Part shown: in pieces, positions 1-8,727 of the stretch
How positions within the stretch are numbered: position 1 is the stretch's first letter
Layout of the letters: the number at the start of each line of letters is the position of its first letter
DNA from: a virus
Direction: 5' to 3' (one strand)
IMG/VR virus record: IMGVR_UViG_3300044640_001517
Location: 1 to 64,000 of that record
Length of the DNA: 64,000 nucleotides
Made by a program: the position numbers and the translations under genes
The notes under the pieces: generated by a model
Told to the model about the DNA's origin: nothing
The model's input: only the letters and a program-made list of their open reading frames with translations
The model's database searches: none

Positions 1-2
1 TT

Positions 3-632
3 CTTGTAGGTAACGCAACTAACGTTGCAACGTCTGTAGCGGTAACCGGCGATGTCACGATTACAAATGCTGGCGTCACTGCGATCGGTACGGGTGTTAT
101 CGTCAACGCAGACGTTAGCGCGTCCGCCGCGATCGCACTGAGCAAACTTGCGTCAGGAACATCTGCGCAGATACCAGTTGCAAACGCAACCGGTGTGCCT
201 ACGTATGTGTCGGTTACAGGTGACGTTACAATCACAAATGCTGGTGTCACGGCGATTGGATCAGGTGTAATTGTCAATGCTGACATCAGCGCAACTGCCG
301 CGATTGACCTTGGCAAACTTGCTGACATCTCAACCAGCGCGCAGACGGCGTCATATACACTTGTTCTAGCAGATAAGAACAAGATAGTAGAAATGAACGT
401 GGCAAGTGCAAACGTACTTACAGTACCTACCAATGCAAACGTTGCGTTTGCGGTAGGTTCTCAAATTCAAGTTCTCCAGACAGGCGCCGGTCAGTGCACA
501 ATTACTCCACAGGTGGCAGGCGTAACTATCAACGGAACACCTGGTCTGAAGACACGTGCGCAGTGGTCAATGGTTACACTGATCAAGCGCGCAACTGATA
601 CCTGGGTTGCCGTTGGAGACTTGTCAGCCTAG
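3..632 (+). CDS. Tail fibre / virion appendage protein, C-terminal part (5' end outside window)
   Basis: Frame is open from nt 3. Two 57-aa repeats (VTGDVTITNAGVTAIGxGVIVNADxSAxAAIxLxKLA) precede a C-terminal YTLVLAD...GAGQ...TLIKRATDTWVAVGDL domain typical of aquatic-phage fibre proteins. Confidence 0.7.
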   Translation, partial: LVGNATNVATSVAVTGDVTITNAGVTAIGTGVIVNADVSASAAIALSKLASGTSAQIPVANATGVPTYVSVTGDVTITNAGVTAIGSGVIVNADISATAAIDLGKLADISTSAQTASYTLVLADKNKIVEMNVASANVLTVPTNANVAFAVGSQIQVLQTGAGQCTITPQVAGVTINGTPGLKTRAQWSMVTLIKRATDTWVAVGDLSA

Positions 633-662
633 TGATGGTTGACATGGTACGATCTAACCACT

Positions 663-1337
663 ATGGTATTAAGAGACAGTGGCGGTAAAAAGCCAACCAC
701 TCCAACAATTGGAACTCCAACTGTCGGCAACACGCAGGTAAGTGTCGCGTTTACAGCTTCTACCTACATAGGAAAAGGAACAGTCACATACACAGCGACT
801 TCAAGTCCTGGTGGGTTTACCGCAACTGGAAGTTCGTCGCCTCTTGTAGTTACTGGTCTTACTAACGGAACTGCCTATACCTTTACCGTACGAGCCACCT
901 CATCAAGCGGCGTACAGTCGGATTCTTCAGCGGCTTCAAGCTCGGTTACGCCAGGCGTTGCGCCAAGCGCACCGACAATTGGAACAGCAACCGCTGGAAA
1001 CGCTCAAGCAACCGTAACCTTTACACAGGGTGCAACTGGAACTGCAGCGGCAGGCGCGGTTACATATAGGGCTACTTCAAGCCCTGGTGGTCTTGTTACT
1101 ACTGGTATCAACGTCACCTCACTAACGGTAACTGGTCTTACAAACGGAACCGCATACACATTTGTTGTAAGAGCGGAAAGCGCATTTGGTAATAGCCCTA
1201 ACTCTGCTTCTTCAAACTCTGTCACGCCGGTTGCGCCTCCATACTTTCCTCCATTCTTTCCTCCATTTTTCCCTCCATTCTTTCCTCCATTTTTCCCTCC
1301 ATTCTTTCCTCCGTTTTTTCCACCAGTATTTAAGTAG
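663..1337 (+). CDS. Double fibronectin type III domain protein with a C-terminal (PPxF)8-K tail; probable virion surface protein
   Basis: Two PTIGT..GN.Q..V.FT...Y.ATSSPGG...VTGLTNGTAYTF.VRA...S..S.SVTP units, then PPYF(PPFF)6PPVFK. ATG 663 follows TGg-TACGAT. Confidence 0.8.
   Translation: MVLRDSGGKKPTTPTIGTPTVGNTQVSVAFTASTYIGKGTVTYTATSSPGGFTATGSSSPLVVTGLTNGTAYTFTVRATSSSGVQSDSSAASSSVTPGVAPSAPTIGTATAGNAQATVTFTQGATGTAAAGAVTYRATSSPGGLVTTGINVTSLTVTGLTNGTAYTFVVRAESAFGNSPNSASSNSVTPVAPPYFPPFFPPFFPPFFPPFFPPFFPPFFPPVFK
1236..1334 (+). repeat. 12-nt tandem coding repeat, 8 units, encoding PPYF/PPFF/PPVF
   Basis: cctccattcttt / cctccatttttc units with synonymous variation. Confidence 0.95.
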
Positions 1338-1343
1338 ACGCCG

Positions 1344-2060
1344 ATGGACGATCTTCGTCTTTCAGAGCTGTATAGAGAATACGAAAAGAATGGTTTTGCG
1401 GTTCTTGAGAACGTCATCGATGAAGAACTGATCACCGCATTCGAGAAAGAATATCCTCGAGAAAAATATACAGATATACCTCCGTATGCCTCGTACATTG
1501 CAGATCGAGCCGCATATATAAATAGCGAGATCATACGAAACATCATCTGTCATGAGACACTTGTAAGATTTTTGGCGCTGTCTGGGCAGCAGTATATGCT
1601 GCAAATAATTGAGGCGAGACGCGGGTCATCGCAGATTGACTGGCATATTGACTACTTTGGCGCAGATGATAAGCCGTGGGACGAGTTTGTGGTTGTTCAG
1701 GTCTGTCTGCAAGATGCAACAGAAGAGTCAGGACCGCTTGAGATTATTGAAGGTTCACATCTTTGGAACATTGATTGGAACGTAATCACAAAAGAAAATT
1801 GCGCAGAAAACGCAACTTCTTGCTGGAAGTACTACGAAAAAGCTATAGTAGATCATGCGCAAGAACCTCGTAAGTTCTTATGTAAACGAGGTGACATCGT
1901 GCTTTGGAGTGGATACGCAATGCACCGTGGCAGCAGACCTACTAGTCTATCGATTGAACGACACACGATGATCGGTAGGTATAACTCGTCAAAAAACCCA
2001 GAAGCAGAGTATCCAGATAAGCTCAAAAAACACGGTGAGATTTTGTACGTAGTCCATTGA
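1344..2060 (+). CDS. PhyH-like (phytanoyl-CoA dioxygenase family) Fe(II)/2OG oxygenase
   Basis: YEKNGFAVLENV, WHID (HxD), GPLEIIEGSHLW, GDIVLW...HRG, distal R. Confidence 0.85.
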   Translation: MDDLRLSELYREYEKNGFAVLENVIDEELITAFEKEYPREKYTDIPPYASYIADRAAYINSEIIRNIICHETLVRFLALSGQQYMLQIIEARRGSSQIDWHIDYFGADDKPWDEFVVVQVCLQDATEESGPLEIIEGSHLWNIDWNVITKENCAENATSCWKYYEKAIVDHAQEPRKFLCKRGDIVLWSGYAMHRGSRPTSLSIERHTMIGRYNSSKNPEAEYPDKLKKHGEILYVVH

Positions 2061-2066
2061 TACAAT
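2058..2066 (+). promoter_or_regulatory. Extended -10 promoter (TGa-TACAAT) for a leaderless transcript
   Basis: TANNNT lies 6 nt before ATG 2073; no Shine-Dalgarno sequence. Confidence 0.55.
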
Positions 2067-2072
2067 CAATCT

Positions 2073-2690
2073 ATGGACTCACCCTGGAAGATCCCACCTG
2101 GATATTTTGGCACTGGTCCCCAAAATGTAAAGATATTGAGAAACTTTATTGACCGCGAAGACGTGGAAAAGATCTATGCGTTTTCAAAGACAATAAACGA
2201 GTGGCTTACCGACGGCATGGAGGACACGTACAACGAAGATGGGACGTGCACGTACAGCTCTTGGTATTGGAAAGATCGACAATGCTCAAGCGAGATCTTG
2301 CAGAGACTAAGTCCTGAGATTCACGCGCTGATTGATTCATATATAGACAAGATGGCGATCGTTGCCGGAGAGCTATTCAACTGCGAACTTGAGAAACGTC
2401 CACCGTGTATCATCAGGTGGTTCCCCGGGATAGAGCAGCAGCCGCACGCGGACAAACAACTGCTCGACGGATCTCCAAATCCTTTTCAGGCCTATGACAT
2501 AAACTCGTTGTTCTACTACAATGACGACTTTGAGGGTGGTGAATTATATTATCCAGAGCTAGACATCGTGGTCAAACCTGAACCTGGTCTCGCGGTCATC
2601 CACCCCGGTGATATACATTATCTACATGGCGTAAAGACAATTACACAGGGTGAACGATTTACGTCACCGGTGTTCTACACAGTCAAATGA
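2073..2690 (+). CDS. Prolyl-4-hydroxylase-like Fe(II)/2OG oxygenase
   Basis: PHAD, YYNDDFEGGEL, HGV...GER motifs. Confidence 0.9.
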   Translation: MDSPWKIPPGYFGTGPQNVKILRNFIDREDVEKIYAFSKTINEWLTDGMEDTYNEDGTCTYSSWYWKDRQCSSEILQRLSPEIHALIDSYIDKMAIVAGELFNCELEKRPPCIIRWFPGIEQQPHADKQLLDGSPNPFQAYDINSLFYYNDDFEGGELYYPELDIVVKPEPGLAVIHPGDIHYLHGVKTITQGERFTSPVFYTVK

Positions 2691-2697
2691 GGACAGA

Positions 2698-3381
2698 ATG
2701 ATTGCAGGAAAGAAGCCGCATAACGCTCTATCTCCACGCGTGCTTGTCTTTAATGACTTTCTGCCAGAAAGCGACTGGCAGACTGTAGACGCATACTGTA
2801 GATCCAAAGGCGACAGTTTTGAGTTTATCGGATACGGCTCGAACATGCGCTACAAAGAATACACACACTCGCAGCGTCATGACATCAAGTACCAGCGCTC
2901 GTATCTCTCTGACGACAAGAATGACACCGGAACCCGGCACGGCGATAACTACAAGATCTACATGGTTGATCTCACAAATACGTCACACTTTCTATACGAT
3001 GAACACACAGGTGAAACGCTATCGACGATGCTGCGCGTCACTCAACGGTTGATCTCTGACATTCATGGAAACCAGACAATATATGAAAGTGGACCGTGGT
3101 TGTCTCGAGCTCCTGCAGGTGGGCACATGAATCTCCACTGCGACGGGACGTTTATCGCCAATCCAGATTTAAGTACAGATTTTTCCGCCGTCTATTATGT
3201 CAATGATGACTACGAAGGCGGAGAACTGGTCATACCGGTAATCGGTGTAAAGATCAAACCAAAGGCAAACTCGCTTATTCTTTGGTCACATGTGTGGCAT
3301 GAAGACATGGCGCACGGTGTCTTACCAGTGACAAAAGGAGAGAGATACATGTCGCAAGGATTCTTTGCGTCTGTAGACTGA
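2698..3381 (+). CDS. Prolyl-4-hydroxylase-like Fe(II)/2OG oxygenase
   Basis: LHCD, YVNDDYEGGEL, HGV.PV..GERY. Start moved to ATG 2698, after the upstream stop. Confidence 0.9.
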   Translation: MIAGKKPHNALSPRVLVFNDFLPESDWQTVDAYCRSKGDSFEFIGYGSNMRYKEYTHSQRHDIKYQRSYLSDDKNDTGTRHGDNYKIYMVDLTNTSHFLYDEHTGETLSTMLRVTQRLISDIHGNQTIYESGPWLSRAPAGGHMNLHCDGTFIANPDLSTDFSAVYYVNDDYEGGELVIPVIGVKIKPKANSLILWSHVWHEDMAHGVLPVTKGERYMSQGFFASVD

Positions 3382-3384
3382 CAT

Positions 3385-4032
3385 ATGAACCCGATATATC
3401 TAAGTGACCCACGTCTAGGAGTTCTTGTCTACAAGAACGCACTGCCAAAAGAACTTGAGCTTGTCAATCGTCTAGAAAAGACAATCGGCAAAAGCACAAC
3501 TCCACCGTTTATGTGGATGGAGGCACTTGTCGGCTATGCACAAAAGATGCCTGAATACCGCGACTGTGTGGACTGCAAGATCGGCGATATCCATCTACAG
3601 CATCTTCCGCCACAGTTTGAAGAGCTTCGCAACATATACAACGATACGGTTGTCAATCTCCGTCGCTGTGTCGAAGACTATCAGCAGCGGTACAACATCG
3701 GGCTCAACTATATGGAGGCGATCAACTATGTTCGCTATGGTGAGAAGCAGCACTTCCAGGTGCACACGGATCACGGGTTTTCGTACACGTGCACAATGTC
3801 ATCGGTGATGTACCTTAACGACGAGTACGACGGCGGTGAACTATGGTTCCCGTATCTTGATCTCGAGTTCAAGCCAGAGTACGGAGACATCGTGCTATTC
3901 CCGTCAACGTACATATTTGCCCACGCTGCAAAACCGGTGACAAGCGGAGTCAAGTATTCCGCCGTAACGATGTTTGACTACAATGATCGAAACCATGATC
4001 TGCCGTCTAACTACGACTATTCAAGAGAGTAA
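3385..4032 (+). CDS. Prolyl-4-hydroxylase-like Fe(II)/2OG oxygenase
   Basis: VHTD, YLNDEYDGGEL.FP, GDIVLFPS..HAA.PV..G.KY. Confidence 0.9.
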   Translation: MNPIYLSDPRLGVLVYKNALPKELELVNRLEKTIGKSTTPPFMWMEALVGYAQKMPEYRDCVDCKIGDIHLQHLPPQFEELRNIYNDTVVNLRRCVEDYQQRYNIGLNYMEAINYVRYGEKQHFQVHTDHGFSYTCTMSSVMYLNDEYDGGELWFPYLDLEFKPEYGDIVLFPSTYIFAHAAKPVTSGVKYSAVTMFDYNDRNHDLPSNYDYSRE

Positions 4033-4033
4033 G

Positions 4034-4735
4034 ATGCCAAAGTTCTCGCTTCTTCGCACATACCAAACGCCACCGGAGATTAGACAGTCGCGTCTCAAAC
4101 GAGAGTGGATGGACAATACGTATAAGAAACATGCGTATCAGTGTCTACCTATGACATACGCCAACGTCTACGGCTGGGAGCTTGTGTTGCCGCATGACGT
4201 TGTTGCGATCTGGGAAGGCGGAAATACACTCCCAAAGATACTTGAAGGCGCTGACTACGGCGGACGTCAACTTGCATACGGCGGAATCATTGGAATGGTT
4301 TCATTCTCAACAGGCTGGGTATTTAAGACAGAACCTGGCTATGAGACAATGATTGGTGGATCGCCAAACTACTTTGTTGACGGAGCCGAGGCCTTATCTG
4401 CAATAATCCCAAGTAGCTGGTGGCCAGATGAGTTTCAGATGAACTGGAAGATCAACAAGATCAATGAACCAGTCACGTTTGAGGCTGGAATGCCGTTTAT
4501 GTTCTTTACAATGTTTGACAGCAATGTACTTGATCGTGTAGAGTTTGACGTTGCAAATCTTTGGGATAACCCAGAGCTTATGCACAGTCGTCAAAAGTAC
4601 GGTGACCAAAAGATGAAAAATAATCAAGAAAATCCTTGGACATGGACAAAAGGAATACGCACCGGACTAGACGCCGATGGGAATACAATTGGACCAGAGT
4701 TTACAGGTTTGCCAAAGCTGAAGGAGCCAAAATGA
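4034..4735 (+). CDS. DUF6065-like protein
   Basis: REWMD.T...HAY.CLP...AN..GW and F.MNWK.....VTF..G.PF patterns recalled for DUF6065; start at ATG 4034. Confidence 0.65.
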   Translation: MPKFSLLRTYQTPPEIRQSRLKREWMDNTYKKHAYQCLPMTYANVYGWELVLPHDVVAIWEGGNTLPKILEGADYGGRQLAYGGIIGMVSFSTGWVFKTEPGYETMIGGSPNYFVDGAEALSAIIPSSWWPDEFQMNWKINKINEPVTFEAGMPFMFFTMFDSNVLDRVEFDVANLWDNPELMHSRQKYGDQKMKNNQENPWTWTKGIRTGLDADGNTIGPEFTGLPKLKEPK

Positions 4736-4947
4736 AGTTAGGTGCATTTGACGAAGAGCGCGCTAAAAAAGAGGCAGTCTCGTACCTTGCAAAGTCACTT
4801 ACTGTACTTAGCTCAATACTTGACATTGACCTAGACTCATTCAATCCAGAAAATGCAAATCCGTATGGAATTGATAGTCCGTTTTACGCCTCATACGAAT
4901 GTTTGCGCGAAGAGTTTTATGCGTTTGGAAAGTTAGTAAATGAATAG
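4732..4947 (+). CDS. Small hypothetical protein
   Basis: ATGA overlap with the upstream stop; AAGGAG RBS. Confidence 0.65.
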   Translation: MKLGAFDEERAKKEAVSYLAKSLTVLSSILDIDLDSFNPENANPYGIDSPFYASYECLREEFYAFGKLVNE

Positions 4948-5143
4948 TCCAGAAGAAAAAGATGAAATTGACATGAGTGTCCGTCGAGGAGAGTCTGTTA
5001 CAGATGTCTCAGACTGGGACAACGAGGTCATTGAGTGGGACTCAAGTACAGGAATCTACTATGTCGCCGGTAAGCCGGTAAGTATGTGCCAAGGTGTTGC
5101 AATGTTTAAGACGGAAGAAAATGACAATGAAAAGAAAGTATGA
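4940..5143 (+). CDS. Small acidic hypothetical protein
   Basis: Overlaps both neighbours in the operon. Confidence 0.55.
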   Translation: MNSPEEKDEIDMSVRRGESVTDVSDWDNEVIEWDSSTGIYYVAGKPVSMCQGVAMFKTEENDNEKKV

Positions 5144-5501
5144 TCCAGCCGCGGACCTGGCGTACCGTTCATGCAACCTTGCTTCTTTGATGTACATACT
5201 TGGAATAGCCAGAGAAGACTTTGAAAAGACAACCATTGATGACGCAATCAATACAATTCGCGATAGGTACGTGTATAAGCATGACATCTCTACAAATATC
5301 GCGTCTCAAGAGTATATCAAGAAACAGAGTATTGTGCTTTCAAGAAACTTTAGACGCGCGTGGTTTGATGTCCAGGTTGCCGCATACGAGGTTGAACACA
5401 TGAAGTGCAGTTGCTACTACGTACAAACTGAACGCGTCTTAGGCGGACAGGAAAAAGTAGTATGCGACGTGTGCACTGAGGCTGGTAGATCGCATGAGTG
5501 A
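5121..5501 (+). CDS. Hypothetical protein with C-terminal CxC...CxxC
   Basis: Operon-coupled ORF; KCSCYY and CDVC. Confidence 0.55.
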   Translation: MTMKRKYDPAADLAYRSCNLASLMYILGIAREDFEKTTIDDAINTIRDRYVYKHDISTNIASQEYIKKQSIVLSRNFRRAWFDVQVAAYEVEHMKCSCYYVQTERVLGGQEKVVCDVCTEAGRSHE

Positions 5502-6237
5502 AGAAAAACGATACGAACCTCAGCGGTCATTTGACTACACAAAGTGGTTTATGGACTGGCGTCAGTTTGCTGATGAGTCAACTCGCAAAGATGGACCCGA
5601 GTCTGTCAAGATCGCAAACTATCTATTCAACACGGTAGGCGTTGATCGTAGAAATATAGCGACAGGTGGCGCGAGCGACTATGAGTTTGTTATCCACTAT
5701 CCGCGACCGCATCTTGCTGACTCGTACGGTCAGTCACAGTGGATGGCAATCTTGCTTATCCAGATGATTATGGACATTGCGCCAAAGAAGCACGTACTTG
5801 CGTTATCAGGCGGACTTGATCGATATCGACTCAAGCCTTTTCAAGATATCTTTGGCTCGTCAATTTACTTCTTAAACAATAAGAAGCTTGCAACCTACGA
5901 GATGTTCCAGCGCGAACATACGCCAATGCATTACGAAGTTGTAACAATGCAGCAACTCGAAGGCGATCCGCCAGGTAAGACGTGGGGATTTGACATGATC
6001 GTTGGCTGGTCACAGGACATGGAAAATCCATTTATCCCAGTTGATTTTTATGTAGATCGTCTTACTCCAGGTGGAGTAATGATCATCCAAAACTCGTCTG
6101 ACAGTGTGTTCTTGTACCATAATGATACGCAGGCAACACCAGTATGGGAGTATCATGAGGCTCTCAAGTCGCGAGATGACTGTCGTGTATATCACATACC
6201 TATCTTTTACGGACTAACGATTGTGGTGAAGGACTAG
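5494..6237 (+). CDS. Divergent class I SAM-methyltransferase-like protein
   Basis: PKKHVLALSGG (motif I-like), FDMIV, RLTPGGVMII, GLTIVVK. Confidence 0.5.
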   Translation: MSEEKRYEPQRSFDYTKWFMDWRQFADESTRKDGPESVKIANYLFNTVGVDRRNIATGGASDYEFVIHYPRPHLADSYGQSQWMAILLIQMIMDIAPKKHVLALSGGLDRYRLKPFQDIFGSSIYFLNNKKLATYEMFQREHTPMHYEVVTMQQLEGDPPGKTWGFDMIVGWSQDMENPFIPVDFYVDRLTPGGVMIIQNSSDSVFLYHNDTQATPVWEYHEALKSRDDCRVYHIPIFYGLTIVVKD

Positions 6238-6240
6238 ACA

Positions 6241-6912
6241 ATGATTGTAATAGATAACTGTCTTCCAGCAAAGCTATACAAAGAAGTGCTCAATGATGAC
6301 AAGTTCTTCCCCGAGACAATGGGTGGTGGAGACAGGATCGCGACCGAACTCAACTCGTATCATTACGAAAAGTCAAGTTGTTTTGCACCGTATATGTTCT
6401 GGGACGGTTGGTGGAGAAGTCCAGCAAACACACTACGCAAACGCGTAGTTCAGTCAATATGGAAGAATAACTTGCCATGCAAGAAAGAAGACATTCTTGG
6501 TTTTGAGTATTGGACGCGTACATATATGCCAGGCCAGTTCTTAGACGTACACGTCGATGAAGACACATTTTTGTATGAAGACAGCAAGATCTTTAGCGGC
6601 CCGCATATTGGATCGATATACTACGGACTCGATAATCTTGAGGGTGGTTTTGTCGAGATCCACAACGCAAAGTTGATCGACGGAACGCCTCTTGCAATCG
6701 AACGTGAAAACGTAGATCCAATTCTTTCTCCAATTGAAGAGCGCGAAAGAATAGCATATCGAGGAAATCGTCTAATCATCTTTGACGCTGGACACGTTAT
6801 GCATGGAACTACTCCGGCAAAAAGTGGAATACGTCAAGTTATGGTCATAAACGTATGGCACAAAGATCACCCGCCTGTGGCACTAGAAAAGAACACGTTC
6901 TACTATGAATAA
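6241..6912 (+). CDS. Fe(II)/2OG oxygenase
   Basis: GFEYW, VHVDED, GG, NRLIIFD...HG, R.V..INVW. Confidence 0.75.
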   Translation: MIVIDNCLPAKLYKEVLNDDKFFPETMGGGDRIATELNSYHYEKSSCFAPYMFWDGWWRSPANTLRKRVVQSIWKNNLPCKKEDILGFEYWTRTYMPGQFLDVHVDEDTFLYEDSKIFSGPHIGSIYYGLDNLEGGFVEIHNAKLIDGTPLAIERENVDPILSPIEERERIAYRGNRLIIFDAGHVMHGTTPAKSGIRQVMVINVWHKDHPPVALEKNTFYYE

Positions 6913-7825
6913 TGTCGAGTCAATACAACTGATCGCGGTGCATGCCTACAAGACAGCACTAGATGGAATAGACAACGAAAAGCTCATTGAAGAAATTAGG
7001 ACCCACGACGGGACAATCGCCGAGCACTATCTACAGAACAAGCATCACACGTATTATGAAGACCAACGGTATCCGTTTGGAAGACCAGAGTCAGAGAAAC
7101 TAATTGAGACACTTACTACTGCGGTAAGCCAGATCGTTGGAAGAGACATGATCCTCGAAGAGATCTGGACGTTGACGCTGCAGAAGGGTAACTCAGTTGC
7201 CTGGCATTCTCACAAGTCAAACACACATCTACATCCAGAAGAGTTTTTCTCAATAGCCTACTATCCAAACGCCCAAGAAGGTAGCGCGGATCTGATCTTC
7301 ACAACAACAGCATGCAACACACTTGAGCATAGCACAATTGTTGAAGTGTCTACCGGCACGCTGGTCGTGTTCAACTCATTTGTGACCCACATGACAAGTA
7401 GGCATTTACTTGACGAAGAACGCGTGGTGATCAGCGCAAACTTCTCGCCGGCGCAGCTAAACAACGCGCCTACCCAAGACTGGACTGCGTACTCACGACC
7501 AATATGGTCTGAGTATGAAAAGAAACTAAATGCGTATGATAAGACATTTATTGCAAAGGTGCATACACCGTTTGGTGAAGAAAGCTACATGATAGGTCTT
7601 CGTAATGACGGCACAGGTGAAGTAACAATTGACAACAATGTTCAAGCGTTTAGTACCTACAATCTAACAGATACACTATTTGAGACATCGTTTCAAGTAA
7701 ACGTACCTATGACAACTGTAGTTGCAATTAGATTTTCAATCGATAGTGTGACAAATACAATAGACGGTCTTGTCAAGATCGGAGATTTTTTAGCATGCGC
7801 GCTTACAGGAGAGAAGGTTAAGTAG
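6905..7825 (+). CDS. Putative 2OG-Fe(II) oxygenase (TIGR02466-like) with a C-terminal beta-rich extension
   Basis: WHSH, FSIAYYP, GTLVVFNSFVTH, RVVISAN. Confidence 0.65.
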   Translation: MNNVESIQLIAVHAYKTALDGIDNEKLIEEIRTHDGTIAEHYLQNKHHTYYEDQRYPFGRPESEKLIETLTTAVSQIVGRDMILEEIWTLTLQKGNSVAWHSHKSNTHLHPEEFFSIAYYPNAQEGSADLIFTTTACNTLEHSTIVEVSTGTLVVFNSFVTHMTSRHLLDEERVVISANFSPAQLNNAPTQDWTAYSRPIWSEYEKKLNAYDKTFIAKVHTPFGEESYMIGLRNDGTGEVTIDNNVQAFSTYNLTDTLFETSFQVNVPMTTVVAIRFSIDSVTNTIDGLVKIGDFLACALTGEKVK

Positions 7826-8445
7826 TGTCAGTATATGACATCAAGATCAAATCTATTGACGGCGAAGAAGATATACTTGACAGACTTAAAGGCAAGGTTT
7901 GCCTGTTCACCAATATAGTGTCAAAGGCTGGCTACGAACCAAAGTGCAGCAAGCTGTGGTCTCACGCTAGAACAATGCGCCAGTTTTGGGAACTACAGCA
8001 ACTTCACGATCTGTTTGGTGACGACTTTAGTGTTGTTGGTCTCCCGTGTAATCAGTTTTACGGTATGGAGCCGCTCGACAATGAGCAGATTAGTCAGTTC
8101 ATCAAAGACACATATCCTTTTGTCACTTTTCCAATAACTGAAAAGATTGACGTAAACGGACCAGATGAACATCCAGTCTACACGTATCTAAAAGGCCCGC
8201 ACACTCGAAGGGCAGACGATAATCGCGCTGACAATAGCGACGCGGCTATAGCTGGTCAAAATCTTGCAAATCAGGCTATATCAAGAATACCAAGTAACTT
8301 TGAAAAGATCATTGTAAGTCGCGAAGGCCTACACGTCATGAGATTTAGGTTTACTAATTGGCCTATGGCCGACGAGTCGCTTATCAATGAAAGTGATCTA
8401 ACTATCAAAGACAGCATCAAAATGCTATTACCTGATACAAACTAG
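7825..8445 (+). CDS. Glutathione-peroxidase-fold protein with an altered active site
   Basis: SVYDI...IDG, LKGKV, GLPCNQF, FPI.EKIDVNG...HP.Y.YLK, NFEK. The canonical Cys, Gln and Trp positions read Ala, Met and Ser. Confidence 0.8.
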   Translation: MSVYDIKIKSIDGEEDILDRLKGKVCLFTNIVSKAGYEPKCSKLWSHARTMRQFWELQQLHDLFGDDFSVVGLPCNQFYGMEPLDNEQISQFIKDTYPFVTFPITEKIDVNGPDEHPVYTYLKGPHTRRADDNRADNSDAAIAGQNLANQAISRIPSNFEKIIVSREGLHVMRFRFTNWPMADESLINESDLTIKDSIKMLLPDTN

Positions 8446-8678
8446 TCTTCGCGTCGTGTGTGTATTTTGTTCTCAATCATAAGATGTTTGCTCCACGTGT
8501 TGATAGCATGAACAAGCCCAAGCTCTCTTGCAACATCAAATTCTTCTTGGATTAGCTTAATTTTTCCATCGGCAATATCGCACCAAGCGGTAGCAACAGC
8601 CTCAGCGCCAGTTTTTCCAATTGTTCGATACTTATCGTCAAGTTTGTTGAGTAGTGACAAATCGTTCCATTCACGCAT
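8442..8678 (-). CDS. Small hypothetical protein, leaderless
   Basis: TACGAT lies 6 nt before the ATG on the minus strand; the ORF fills the gap between genes. Confidence 0.6.
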   Translation of the reverse strand: MREWNDLSLLNKLDDKYRTIGKTGAEAVATAWCDIADGKIKLIQEEFDVARELGLVHAINTWSKHLMIENKIHTRRED

Positions 8679-8684
8679 ATAAAT

Positions 8685-8721
8685 ATCGTATACATGGATA
8701 CACGCTTTCCAGTGATATTAT
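8685..8721. promoter_or_regulatory. Back-to-back leaderless promoters
   Basis: Minus: TACGAT (8690-8685)-N6-ATG. Plus: TGa-TATTAT (8716-8721)-N6-ATG 8728. Confidence 0.55.
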
Positions 8722-8727
8722 GAGCCT

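Noticed and set aside
1236-1334. PPFF as a cyclic-peptide RiPP core (the sequence occurs in antamanide and cyclolinopeptide A)
   Set aside because: No leader, spacer or protease sites between units, and no peptidase, cyclase or exporter in the cluster. Release of free peptides is unsupported; modification in place is the simpler reading.
1004-1546. Minus-strand ORF with (GGKN)n repeats, and + frame ORF 1186-1431 with LHSF/LHFS repeats
   Set aside because: These are shadow frames of the PPFF coding repeat. The Fn3 frame has the domain structure and the synonymous variation.
7921-7950. Selenocysteine read-through in the GPx-like gene
   Set aside because: The codon at the catalytic position is GCT (Ala); there is no in-frame TGA.
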